Part shown: in pieces, positions 35,512 through 48,003 of the stretch | Position numbering within the stretch: the first letter of the stretch is position 1 | Layout: each line of letters begins with the position of its first letter | Assembly: GCA_001662655.1 (NCBI GenBank) | Contig: KV460228.1 | Source: Pseudogymnoascus verrucosus | Lineage: Eukaryota | DNA length: 64,000 bases | Direction: 5' to 3' (one strand) | The notes under the pieces: model-generated | What the model was told of the DNA's origin: nothing | Database searches by the model: none | Seen by the model: only the letters and a program-made list of their open reading frames with translations | Position numbers and translations under genes: made by a program

Positions 35512-37606
35512 ATGGATCCTGTTTCTTTAGCCGGCCTTGGTCTTGGTGCAGCTTCAATCACTTTTCAAATATTTGAAGGGATTAAGATGGGTTCGTAACG
35601 AGCATAACCCTTCCCCAACGGGACCTCCATCCTAGATCGTATGCTAACGTCGCATATTGGTAGGTTACGGGATATTTGAGGATGCGGCCGACATGCCAGA
35701 GCACTGTGAATCGCTAAGGCTGAGGCTGCGGCTCGAATGCACTCGCCTCCTAGACTGGGGCGATCTTTCTGGCCTTTCGGAACCCGAGAATCATTCGAAG
35801 TTCGATCGGAAGCTAAAAGCAAATCGGGCAACTATTATAGCCCTTCTGAGCGAGATGAAAATGATAATCGACAAGATCCAGAAGATAAGTCTACGATCTG
35901 ACTGTATCCTGCTCCCCGGCATCGACATCGCAGCGGCCCAAGGAACTAGTATGGCTAAAGAGCTGCATCTAGCTAATGGGAAAGAAGATCTTAAGGGCGT
36001 CGACATAGAGCAGTTTTGCAGCATTCTTAGGCCCATGGAGGACCAGCTCAACAACAAGAAGAGAACCCTATTAACAAGGAGTTTGAGACGAGTTGTAGAT
36101 ATCGGCCAGGGTATAGCAGACGTTGCTAAACAGCCCGGCCGCATTCGCTGGGCCCTAAGTGATAAAGAAGCATTCCAGACCCACGTTAGGCGTCTAAAGG
36201 AGCTAACAGACTACCTACATGAGACTCTTGGTGATCACCAGATGAGCATCCTGATTGAACAGACGAAGGAGACGTGCATGGCTATGCTGCAGATGACGAG
36301 CTCCATTAGCGAGATGAAGGAGCTTATTGAGGCAGTCGAGATTGCAACTAGCCATGCCAGTATTGAGTCGGAAACACGCGCCTGGCTGCCTCTTGGTGAC
36401 TTTGTAGATAGACAAGCTTCAGTCAGCGAGTCTGTCTCAACAATCTCTATACTAGAGCGTCGAGAGACGCTATTTACCCAGCTGACAGAATTTCGATATC
36501 ATGTAGCTAGCCTACAAATTGGTGTGCCAAAGAATAGAGAGGTAACGGGTCTTAAACTCCAGGGGAGGGAGCTAGATAATCTAAAGTTCGACCACACCAG
36601 GGCGACAGGCAACGGCCGGACCCCGGCAACCTATCTGGGAGCGGCAGCTTGGGTAGAGTGGAAGGCCTACCGCATCACTCGACATAAAGATGAGCATGGC
36701 AAATTCTATTACGGCCCTACGCCTCTCGCCACGGCCAACCTAGAGCGCTTAGCAGCCATTCTCCACATAGACAAGCGGCCAACACAGTTCCGCGTGCCGC
36801 TATGCGCCGGATACTTTGATGACGAAATCAACGAGCGCTTTGGGCTTATCTATCAAGTGCCCTACGCAACACCGCAGTTGGCAGAAACCATCTCTCTATC
36901 CCAACTATTGCTACAGCAAAATAGCCTCCCCCCTCTCCAGAGCCGCATCCGTCTTGCCAAGGAGCTTGTGACCTCTCTCTACTTTCTACACGCCGTCAAC
37001 TGGCTACATAAAGGCCTCCGCGACGAAAGCATACTTGTCCTAACGCAGAATGGACGTCCGGACTACTCCCAGCCATTCATCAGCGGCTTCGAATACTCCC
37101 GCCCGGACGAAACTGACCTTACTACGACCGCGGCTCCGGATACTTGGGCTGTATACGCCCATCCAGACTACCAGGGCTTCGACAGGAAGACTTACCGCAA
37201 GACCTTTGACATTTACAGCCTAGGAATTATCTTGCTTGAGATTGCCTTGTGGAAACCGGCCGAGGAGATTCTCGGCTTTGGGCAGCCCTCTGTGTCTACT
37301 GGAGAGAAGAACAAATCTCCGGGAACAATGGACGAGTCTCAGGAAAAGAAGGTTTATTCGAAGGATTCTCTACAAGATCTCAAGAACATCAGGAGCCGCC
37401 TTCTCATAGACGAGCCGTCTCTGCTCGAGCAAGTCCGCGCGACGATGGGATCTCGGTATCACGACGCGGTGAAATCCTGCATCGGTGGTCTTGAGTATTT
37501 CAACCTTCCGACTGAAGCCGACGAGACTAGCCCAGTCATAGCGACTCTACTCCAGCAGGCGTATCTCCGTTTAGTGGTGGATATCTTACGAAGTATCAGA
37601 GTGTGA
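35512..37606 (+). CDS. HeLo (HET-S-like) domain + pseudokinase (MLKL-like architecture)
   Basis: Exon 1 MDPVSLAGLGLGAASITFQIFEGIKM, intron 35591-35663; LRLRLRLECTRLLDWG, IRWALSDKEAF..V.RLKELTDYL; kinase-fold WVEWK, LHKGLRDESIL, GFEYSR, YAHPDY, DIYSLGIILLEI. Confidence 0.88.
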
Positions 37607-38032
37607 TCAGTAGCTCGTTGCCTTAGCTAGATCGCACCGATAGTTCTCTTTAGTAAATAGGTATAAGTCTTCCACGGTGAGTGCGAACTTTGTCATCTGT
37701 GGATGGTTTATAAGTTTTGGCTCCAGAAGCCATCACTTATCGTGGGGATACACAAGTGGAGGTGTATAGCAAGTAGGGAGCCCTCAAACCAGCCCTGTAC
37801 GCCACCACCACCAGGGAGCGTGTTATAGGTGTGCGAGATGGACCAACCAAAGACGGCAGTTGTTGAGATTCCGATGGTGTAACATTGCAAGCGGAGAGTC
37901 AAGAGAAGGAATTCGCCAACAGGAGATATTATTTTATTTTAAAGAAATCCACGTCAAACTAATGGATATCCACAGCAAAATTGTCTTAACAGAGACCTCT
38001 CACTCTCCACGACAGCATGGCTCTGGTTATTT

Positions 38033-38775
38033 TCAGGAGATCTTCCAAAGATCCACAGGACGAGGATCCACAACCGCTGCGAAAACGATGTTGGAGCGAG
38101 TAGCCGCGATCAGATATTCTCCACCACCCACCTCCTTATACCCCATGACTTTTCCACCCTCGTTACAATTTGTAAAGATCCATTGCAGTCCCAGTGCCGC
38201 ATCCCAGCTACATCTACCAGTTAGTTACGCGAGCCAGAGAGAAAACCAAGCACGGGAGAGTAGGGAAGGAAGTATGTAACTCTTACCACTTCGCGGTAGA
38301 GAAAACGTATGGAACGTCCCAACCCAAATTCGCTCTATGTCCGTTCTTGTTTAACCCACTAATCTTAGCGCTGCCAATCCTGCAGAGTTCGCGTTCTCTG
38401 CAGGTATAGTCGCCGAGGGCGACGAGGTAGTTGTAGCACGCAATTACGTCGTCGACGTTGGCGGCATATTCGGATCCCTCGCTAGAGCTACGGCAGCGGG
38501 TGTGCTGTGTGTATTTATCATCAACCCGGGTCGCGACTGTGGATGGTTGGTTAGTTCGTTTGCTGGGGTGATAAAATGGGGTGCGGGAGTGGGTGGTGTT
38601 ATGGGGGTAGGTGGGACTTACGGGCTGGGGGGGGCGTGGTGAAGAGCTGCTCGGAGGTCAAGCCGAGTTCTTCGAGGGAGGGAAGGCCTTTTCCTGGGGT
38701 AAACTCGGGGTATGAGGCCGATACCACTACGATCATGGTGGCGACGAATATTCTGGAAGGGGCCATTTTAAACAT
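38033..38775 (-). CDS. Small secreted cysteine-containing protein (3 exons; not assembled in the ORF track)
   Basis: Signal peptide; PGKGLPSLEELGLTSEQLF / VIACYNYLVALGDYTC / KCWDAALGLQWIFTNC; introns 38621-38537 and approx. 38286-38208. Confidence 0.75.
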
Positions 38776-39487
38776 TTTTGTGACGGGGATTTGAGGTTGG
38801 AGTTTAGGAAGAATCGGGGGCAGTGACGATTGAAATGGGAGGGGATATTCAACGTTATTTAAGGGGTTCATTGCGGCGCCGGATTTCATTGTTGTTTTTG
38901 CATTTGGGCCGTGATCCTTCGATCCTTCGATCCTTCAGCTGTTCGATATACGACCTATGAATCCCTTCAATTCTCGTCGCCAAGGTCTTCTTCGCTAACC
39001 ATTCAAATCAAACGTCGTAAATGTAGAATACTTAGTCACCGTATGAACCCATCTCTTCAGCCTTTGCAAATGTACATCACTATTATGATTGATGTGTCGA
39101 TATATTAATAGAACTATCCTGCAGAGAGCACTCTAGATGTTTATTCATCTCTATCAATTAATTTCTGACGACCCGGGGCGCCGACGTGTTCGGGTGGGGG
39201 GGGGGGGAGCTATTTTTACACACTCCTCCTTGGCATGGATTTGGCATTTCCGTTTCTCCTGCCCTTTCTCATAGTGTTAGAGCAATTCAAGTCACCTATG
39301 CCCTCACTACTCAAACTACACCGCGTATGGTCCCCTTTTTTCACCACACAGATAGGACTAAAGGTTTAAGTTTCTATTATTAAAAGAAGGCGTGGGGTAT
39401 ATGTGAAGAATGCAGGGCTCACTTCAATCGTTCTCATCCACCAGCCTTCAGTCCCTACCCGTATCTATCAGCCTTTGCAAGTGCCCA

Positions 39488-41059
39488 CTAATACATCTCT
39501 TCATCAGAGTCTAGATGTAAACCAACAGGCTCATTTCCCGAAAGAAATTCCCCAACGCCATAATTTCCTACAGCCAGAGCCACGTCCAGCGGAGTCCTGT
39601 CACGACCGTCCCGTGCTGCCGTATTAGCGCCCCTTTCAACTAGGAGCCGCACTATATCAATAGGTATCCCTCTGGCGCCGGCGGCGGCATGAAGCAGTGT
39701 GTTTCCCTTATCCAGCTTAGCATTCACATCCGCACCTTCGTCGAGCAGGATCCTCATGGCATCTAGGCGACACTTGCGCAACGCTTCGAACAGCGGCGTG
39801 TACCCGCCACCTTCGAAACACCTTAAATTGACATCACTACCGGCATCAATCAGCAACTTCAGCGCATCTAGTGGCGCATAAGCTGCTGCTCGATGAAGTG
39901 CTGACAAGCCTTTGACGTTTGTTGATGTAACCTCGGCACCTGCCCCTAGAAGAATTGTGATCATGCGAGCATCCGCCCCCTTTGCCGCCCAGTCAAGCAC
40001 CGCTGCCCCCAAATTCGTTCTAGCAGAGACTTGACTCCCATGGCTGATGAGCAGCTCGCACATCTCGTGTTGATTATATCTCGCAGCCCTATGCAACAAG
40101 GTTGACCCATCTTTTTCCCGACTCATGGGATCGCAGCCCATGCTTAGTAGAAAACTGACCAGCTCTAGATTCTTTGATTTGACAGCCATATAGATTGGCG
40201 AGCGGTTTTCGCGGTTACCCGTGCAGACCTCTGCACCTCTGTTAACAAGCAGCATTACGATATCTAGGTTTCCGTTGCTACAGGCGAAATCTAGAGGCGT
40301 CCATTGCCGTCCGTCAAAAGTGGAGACGTCTGCACCTCTGTCAATAAGCAGCTTTGCGACATCTATGTTTCCGTTGCTGCAGGCGAAATGCAGAGGCATC
40401 GATTGCCGCTCTTCGATAGCAGAAACGTCTGCACCTCTGTCAATAAGCAACTTTGCGACATCTAGCTCTCCATTGCTGCAGGCGTAATGCAGGGCGGTCC
40501 ATTGCCGCTCTTCGATAGCTGAGACGTCTGCACCATGGTCTAAAAGAAGCTGCACGACTATAGGGTAGCCAAACATAGCAGCTAGATGCAGCGGCGTGCG
40601 ACCTTTATAACCGGTGATAGTATAATCCGCTCCATGGCTGAGGAGGACCTTGACGGCATCATAATGTCCGCTTTGAGATGCAGCTGCTAATGGCGTTGTG
40701 GAGCAGTCGCCCTGGATCTGTGGGCAGGACACCCACTTCAGGGCGAAATTATGTTCTACGTGCAAGAGATATTCGAGGATATATACTTGGTTATTCCCGG
40801 CCGCGAGGTGGAGCAGCTTGCCCATGTCGATATCAGATATTATTCCAACGGACTGCGCATTCTGTAGAGTTTTGAGCTGGCCCGTCCATGCTGCCCAAAA
40901 TGGCGACTTTTGGTCGACCGCATCGCGACGGTAGAGCGAGGGGGTTAGTAAATTGTAGAGGTATTGATTTACCCTTAAGAACGCCGCTAGCTCATTTTGT
41001 GAATGGAGTTCGCCTCCAATAGCTAGTAGAAGCTCGGCTGGGAGATCGAGGAGCTGCAT
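39488..41059 (-). CDS. F-box-like N-terminus + ankyrin repeat protein
   Basis: MQLLDLPAELLLAIG..LRVNQYLYNLLTPSLY; about 12 ankyrin repeats. Confidence 0.92.
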   Translation of the reverse strand: MQLLDLPAELLLAIGGELHSQNELAAFLRVNQYLYNLLTPSLYRRDAVDQKSPFWAAWTGQLKTLQNAQSVGIISDIDMGKLLHLAAGNNQVYILEYLLHVEHNFALKWVSCPQIQGDCSTTPLAAASQSGHYDAVKVLLSHGADYTITGYKGRTPLHLAAMFGYPIVVQLLLDHGADVSAIEERQWTALHYACSNGELDVAKLLIDRGADVSAIEERQSMPLHFACSNGNIDVAKLLIDRGADVSTFDGRQWTPLDFACSNGNLDIVMLLVNRGAEVCTGNRENRSPIYMAVKSKNLELVSFLLSMGCDPMSREKDGSTLLHRAARYNQHEMCELLISHGSQVSARTNLGAAVLDWAAKGADARMITILLGAGAEVTSTNVKGLSALHRAAAYAPLDALKLLIDAGSDVNLRCFEGGGYTPLFEALRKCRLDAMRILLDEGADVNAKLDKGNTLLHAAAGARGIPIDIVRLLVERGANTAARDGRDRTPLDVALAVGNYGVGEFLSGNEPVGLHLDSDEEMY

Positions 41060-41373
41060 TGAGGAGTTGCATCGATAAAAATTATCTGGATTTATCGTTC
41101 TTGGGGGCGAAGCGCAAAGTCTATGTTGACAAATTTGCAGTCAGACTGTTTTTTGAAGCGCCTTGGGGAACAACTTTGGTTGGCTGGCCAAGATTTACAT
41201 TACATAGGACACCCCATCACATTTCCCTTCACAGCGCAACAGGGTCCTATTGCCATAACTCCACCATCAAGCTTATACTATGCCTTATATATAGAAGGGT
41301 CTCTTATCCGAGCCCCAAGTCCCACTACCATATGAGAAATTGACCAGCCTTGTGGTTATCGTGGCGTATAATT

Positions 41374-41949
41374 TCATCCCTCTACCTTGAAATACTTTTC
41401 CCTCCACTCCCCCTCCAACATACCCATCTCAATACAATCATGCCATCCCCCATTCTTCCACGCCACCTCTCTCGTCCTCCCCTCCACCACGAACCCCAAC
41501 CGCTCATACAATCTCCTCGCCCCCTCATTGAAAGAGAAACACCCAATGCTCACCCTATGCAACCCCGCAACCAGGAATCCCCACTCTAATACCCACTTAA
41601 TAGCCTCAGACCCATAACCCCTCCCCTGCGCCGCTGGGACGATCCGAATACTCATCGTACAACTCCTGTGATGCGGATGCGTAGTGTGTTGGAGATTTAC
41701 ATATCCGATGATACTCGGGGTTTGCGGGGCGGAGGGGTTGGGGATGCAGACTAGGACTCCGAGAAAGGCCTCGCGGAAGCCGCGCATGAAGCTGTCTACA
41801 TCCGCTGAGGACGCGGGCTTGACGAGGTAGTTTGTTGCGTTCTCGGAGCTGGTGCGGTCGGAAAGGATCGAGTGGATGAAGGCTTTGTCGCGGGGAGTGT
41901 CTTCTAGGCCGCAGTACATTAGACGCTCTGATCTGAATGAGGAGGCCAT
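41374..41949 (-). CDS. GNAT acetyltransferase (RimJ/RimL type)
   Basis: RSERL, QGRGYGSEAI, GLHRV, NEGARRLYERLGFVVEG. Confidence 0.92.
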   Translation of the reverse strand: MASSFRSERLMYCGLEDTPRDKAFIHSILSDRTSSENATNYLVKPASSADVDSFMRGFREAFLGVLVCIPNPSAPQTPSIIGYVNLQHTTHPHHRSCTMSIRIVPAAQGRGYGSEAIKWVLEWGFLVAGLHRVSIGCFSFNEGARRLYERLGFVVEGRTREVAWKNGGWHDCIEMGMLEGEWREKYFKVEG

Positions 41950-42414
41950 GTTTATTGAAGGGTTGGGATGGATGGAGATGTTTGTATCGGTTTAATAGTG
42001 GTGGAATGCGATGAGTTGCTTTACGCTGATTGCGAATCGAAAATGAACGGCGCCGTTTCTACGAGGCTGTAAGCTTCGGCGGGTTATATGCCCGCCGTGA
42101 CTCACTTAATAGGCCCATGCCAGGCAGTCAGCCTAGACCACGCCGATCGAGTTAGTACAGGTTACGCAACAAAGAGACCTTCCTATATAGTATAGATCAA
42201 TATATGAAGCTACTTGCTCATCTGATCCTAGGCTCGAAGACAATTTACTTCATTTGATGATTGATTTTGATGGTAATTGAACTTTGTTGGATTTTTTGTT
42301 TATACAATGTCTAGGCTACTTGATACAACACTCTAGGTATAATTCCATCTTCTCTCTCTCTGTCTCTTGTTCTCACATACATCTTCCTCAAGGGAGGTGG
42401 GAGGTTAGTTTGGT

Positions 42415-43912
42415 TTAGTCGCTACGCGGTGTGTTGCGGTCAATCTCGCGACGCATCTCATGCTTGATCTTGGTGAGCGTTCCAGCGCCGCCGTAGACGA
42501 GTCTGTTGAATTTTGTCAGTCTTCCATATCCCTGTAGGTCGCAAAAAGATAAAAGGGGATAAAACTCACGCTGTATAAATCTGCACCATATCCGCACCCG
42601 CCTCCAAAACCTTCAGCGCCTCCTTTCCATTCGTAACCCCCCCACTCCCAAACACCGTCTTCCTCTCCCCACTCCTCCCCTTATCCAACTCCTTCCTATA
42701 CTTCCTCACCAAATCCACCGTCCCCTCAAACAGCTGCGGTCCCGAATAACCTCCAGCCTCCTCCCTTAGTATCCTCTCCTCCTCCGCCGGCAGGACGAAC
42801 CCAGCGGGAACAGGCGCCGGCCGCCTCTTAGTCGTGTTTCCAACGATGACCCCGTCAACGCCCGAATCCCACACCGCGTTACAGATCCCCTCCACCTGCT
42901 TCGCTTCATTCTCATCAGGGGAAACCTTAACCATAACCCTTGGCGCGACCTTCCTGTCTGTCTCCCCCGCAGCCTTAACAACGGCCTTCAAAATCGCCGT
43001 CAACGGCGCCTGCGCCTGCAGATCTCTCAGCCCAGCCGTGTTGGGGCTGGACACGTTAACCACCAGCACGTCAGCGTAGCGCGCGAGGCGCTGAACGCAG
43101 TACACGTAATCCGCGACGACAGAGTCAATATCATCAGGCGTACTTGCGTTCTTCCCAATCTGCACACCCATCAACTTCCCCTCCACCAGCGATCCCGGCG
43201 GCACACCCGCCTCGCCATCAAGCACGCGACGTTCTCCATCATCGCCACCGCCAAATCCGGCAGAGATTGCGTAACGACGGACGCGCTCGCGGAGACGCGC
43301 AGCGACAGCGTCGGCGCCAAGGGAGTTGAGTCCGAAACGGTTGATCAGGGCGTTTTGTGAGGGGATGCGGAAGAGGCGCGGCTGGGGGTTTCCGGCTTGG
43401 GGCTTAGGCACTATACCGCCGACTTCAGTGTATGCGGCGCCGAGGGCGAGGAGGGCGTCGGGGACGGAGGCGTTCTTGTCGATTCCGGCGGAGGTGCCGA
43501 GGGGGGAGGTGAGGACGTGGCCGAAGATTGTGGTGCTGAGGTCTGGACCGGCGGAGGGGGTCCGCTCACGGGGGTGGAGACCGAGGGTGTAGAGTGTTGA
43601 GAGCGCGGTAAGGGTGAGGGAGTGTGCTTGTTCTGGGTCGGGAACGAGGTAGCGGAGAGAGGGCACGATGAGATGGCGGTGCAGGGCTGTGAAGCGGGTG
43701 TCGGTTGTGGAGAGGTAGGTTATGAGGAGGGCGGTGGTAATGAAGGTCGTGGTGACGAGGCGCTTGAGAGCTGTGACGATGCGGGAGGGGGGAGGAGGGG
43801 TGCTGGTCGTGGAGGAGAGGCGGGTGAGGCGTGCTGGGGCGCGGGGGAGGGTTGGGCGCGTGAGGGTACGGAGGGCGAGGGGGGTGCGCGAAAGGCGCGG
43901 TAGGAAGCTCAT
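42415..43912 (-). CDS. URA9: Mitochondrial dihydroorotate dehydrogenase (quinone, class 2)
   Basis: Arg-rich presequence; SAGIDKN, PQAGNPQPRLFR, INRFGLNS, NVSSPNT, KVSPD, GGYSG; intron 42569-42503. Confidence 0.95.
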
Positions 43913-44771
43913 CGTTAGGGGATTGGTGAGGGGTGTCCTCCGCTGTGTAGATGAGGAGTGTGGGTGTTCAATTGGCGGGGGGAGGTGTTGGGGGAGGAAG
44001 TGAGGTCGGGGAGGTTTCAAATGTTTTTTTCGGCTAGTCCCGACGTCGCGGAGGGATCCCTGGCAGAATAAAAATTTAGAGTTATCGCGGCGGATCATGG
44101 AGATGTAGATCGATAAGGTAAGGGCGCCACGGATTTATTATGGGGTTTTACTTTTTTAAAGGAAATGGTAGTTTACATGGAGAAATTCAGTGTGCGTAGT
44201 AGAAAAATTATAAATGTACCACTAAATTAATAGGAGTCTTCTGATTCACTGTGATTAGAGAGAAAGTCAGGCTGGTGATGATCAAATGCGGCAAGCCAGC
44301 CTTCCATCTCCTCGGCGTGGCGGAAATCTAGATTTAAGGATCTTGGCTACAGCATCATTGTCCTACATGAAAACTTCTGACAGTACTACCTGCAGTAATA
44401 TTACCTGATCTACTACACATGAATCTCACCGAGCAGTCATTTCAACACCTCTCACATGGCAAACCGATTTCTTTTAGATCAATCCCTTATATTCCTTCTA
44501 ATCCGACTCAATGGTCAGTCAAAACGCTTTTCAGGCTGCGTCGACTATTATATGCAACCGCGTGTCTGGTTCGTGACATTATGTCGTACCGTAACTATGC
44601 ATCATAAGTAGGAGCTATCCCTATGCCCGGCCCATCTGAACGCCAATCTAAATAACAAAACGCATTCATTCATCCATCCACATTCCGCAAAATCAAAACC
44701 ATAGATCAAGTGGGAACGGTCCGCGCTCTAAGCCGCCAGGTGCCGTCCCAAAACACCACTCAACACCCCCT

Positions 44772-46012
<1,241 letters not shown>

Positions 46013-46459
46013 AGTTGGAGATCGTAGGGATAGATAGGTAAGGGTATTGAGGAAGGGTGCGCTGCAAAAACAGAAGTAAGATGTTTATACAAGAAGGTTT
46101 TGTTGCGGTGAGAGAAATATAAGAAAGAGAGAATGGAGGGGTGTTTGCGTGGGGAATGTATGATGCCAAGACTTAACGCACTGGGGGCGAACCCGATCTT
46201 TTTATTTACATCCTGAATTTTTATCTCCCCCACTGTAAATGCCCGTTAAAATTCAAAATGGCCGTTATGATTCGAGAGCCAGTTTTCTCCACGGTTATAG
46301 CCGCTCAAGATGGCGCTAGACTGTTCTGGGATGCGGATTTGGGCCGCATGTCTTGATGGTGCATCGTAGGACCAGCATCACAGCAAAACAAGAGTTGCTC
46401 CCAAGAGTCAACTATAACCTCCAAGGCTTGGCCCAGACCTCCAATTGTCACTATTCAAG

Positions 46460-47609
46460 ATGATACTGAGGTATCTACGAAACATTGGAGGCCTCCCTTT
46501 TCTCCTTCTCGCCCTATGCCTCTTGATTGGGACCACCAATGCCTCAGTGGGTGACAGGCTGCCGGAGTTTCGGAAATGCCTAGAGGTCCGTCGAACTGCC
46601 CCAGCTTCCTCCTGTCCATTCCCCTCCTAACCAGTCTCCAGGTGTGCAAAACAGAGAACTGCAAGAATGGCGACTCCTCCGTTGGTACGTTCCGCGCTCC
46701 CCCCACAGCTCTCCCCCAACTGACCACGCGACCAGCCCTCTTCCACCGCCTGCTCCTCTGGACGTGCCCCGCCGAATGCGACTACACCTGCCAGCACATA
46801 ATCACCGACATGCGCGTCACCTCCGAGCCTCCCCTCCCCATCGTCCAATTCCACGGCAAATGGCCCTTCCACCGCATCCTCGGCATGCAAGAGCCCCTCT
46901 CCGTCATCTTCTCCCTCCTCAACTACGCCGCGCACTACCAGGGCCTCCACAAGATCCGCAAGTTCATACCAGAGTCATACCCGCTGCGCAAATACTATGT
47001 CAACCTCGCGTACGTCGGCATGGCTAGCTGGATTGCCAGCTCCATCTTCCATACTCGGGACTTCCAGTTGACGGAGGAGCTGGATTACTTCGGCGCCGGC
47101 GCGAATGTGCTATACGGCCTGTACTACACCCCCATCCGCGTCTTCCGTCTCGACAAGGGCGGCGCGCGGGCAAAGAGCGTAGTCCGCGCGTGGACGACGC
47201 TGTGCATTATCCTGTTCCTAGCGCACGTCACGTACCTGAAGTACTACTCCTGGGACTACACGTATAACATGGCTGCGAATATCGCAGCGGGAATTCTGCA
47301 GAATGCGATGTGGACTTGGTTCTCCATCACGCGGTATCGGGAGTCGAAGCGCATGTGGGCGGTGTGGCCGGGACTTGTGGTAGCTTGGGTCATGATTGCC
47401 ATGAGTTTGGAGTTGTTGGATTTCCCGCCGATAGGGGGGCATTTGGATGCGCATGCGTTGTGGCATCTGGGGACGGTGTTTCCGACGGTGTTGTTTTATA
47501 AGTAAGTTCCCTAGTGTTGTGTGTAATGTTGCGTTTACTGATACTCCGTTGTAGCTTTCTGCTGAAGGATTCGCAAAACGATATTGCTGGCGCCAGGTTG
47601 AAGGCTTAA
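46460..47609 (+). CDS. PER1: Per1/PGAP3 GPI remodelling protein
   Basis: ASVGDRLPEF, CDYTCQH, QFHGKWPF, FHTRD, DAHALWH; 3 introns. Confidence 0.93.
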
Positions 47610-48003
47610 TAGAGGGCAGGTTTGAGTTTTAAAAGTTGGAATCTATTGTGGCGTCGCTTCATGGAGCTTAATTAAGATACCCAGGAATATCATTAAATAA
47701 TATCAGAAATAATAAGCCTACTTATCTGGTGCGAAAAGGACCACATACGGAATTACTATCTACTGCTTTAATTTGAGATTATTTATTTCATCCTGCTTTC
47801 CTAAACTTTTCATCCCACAGCACTTAACAGAAAAAAACATCACGAGCAAACTATTGGCGTATATCAATGCCGTTTAGATATTGGAAATATTGTTGCCATT
47901 TTACGGATATATACCGCACGACAAGACGCCTCATGAATATAACAATAATCGTGCAAGCCACCATACTCCACATCCCAGACCCATCCCTATTTTCAGCTTT
48001 AAT

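Noticed and set aside
34700..37606. HET-s/PP/sigma-type amyloid signalling motifs at the NLR N-terminus or HeLo-protein C-terminus
   Set aside because: No N/Q/G-rich pseudo-repeat is visible in either protein
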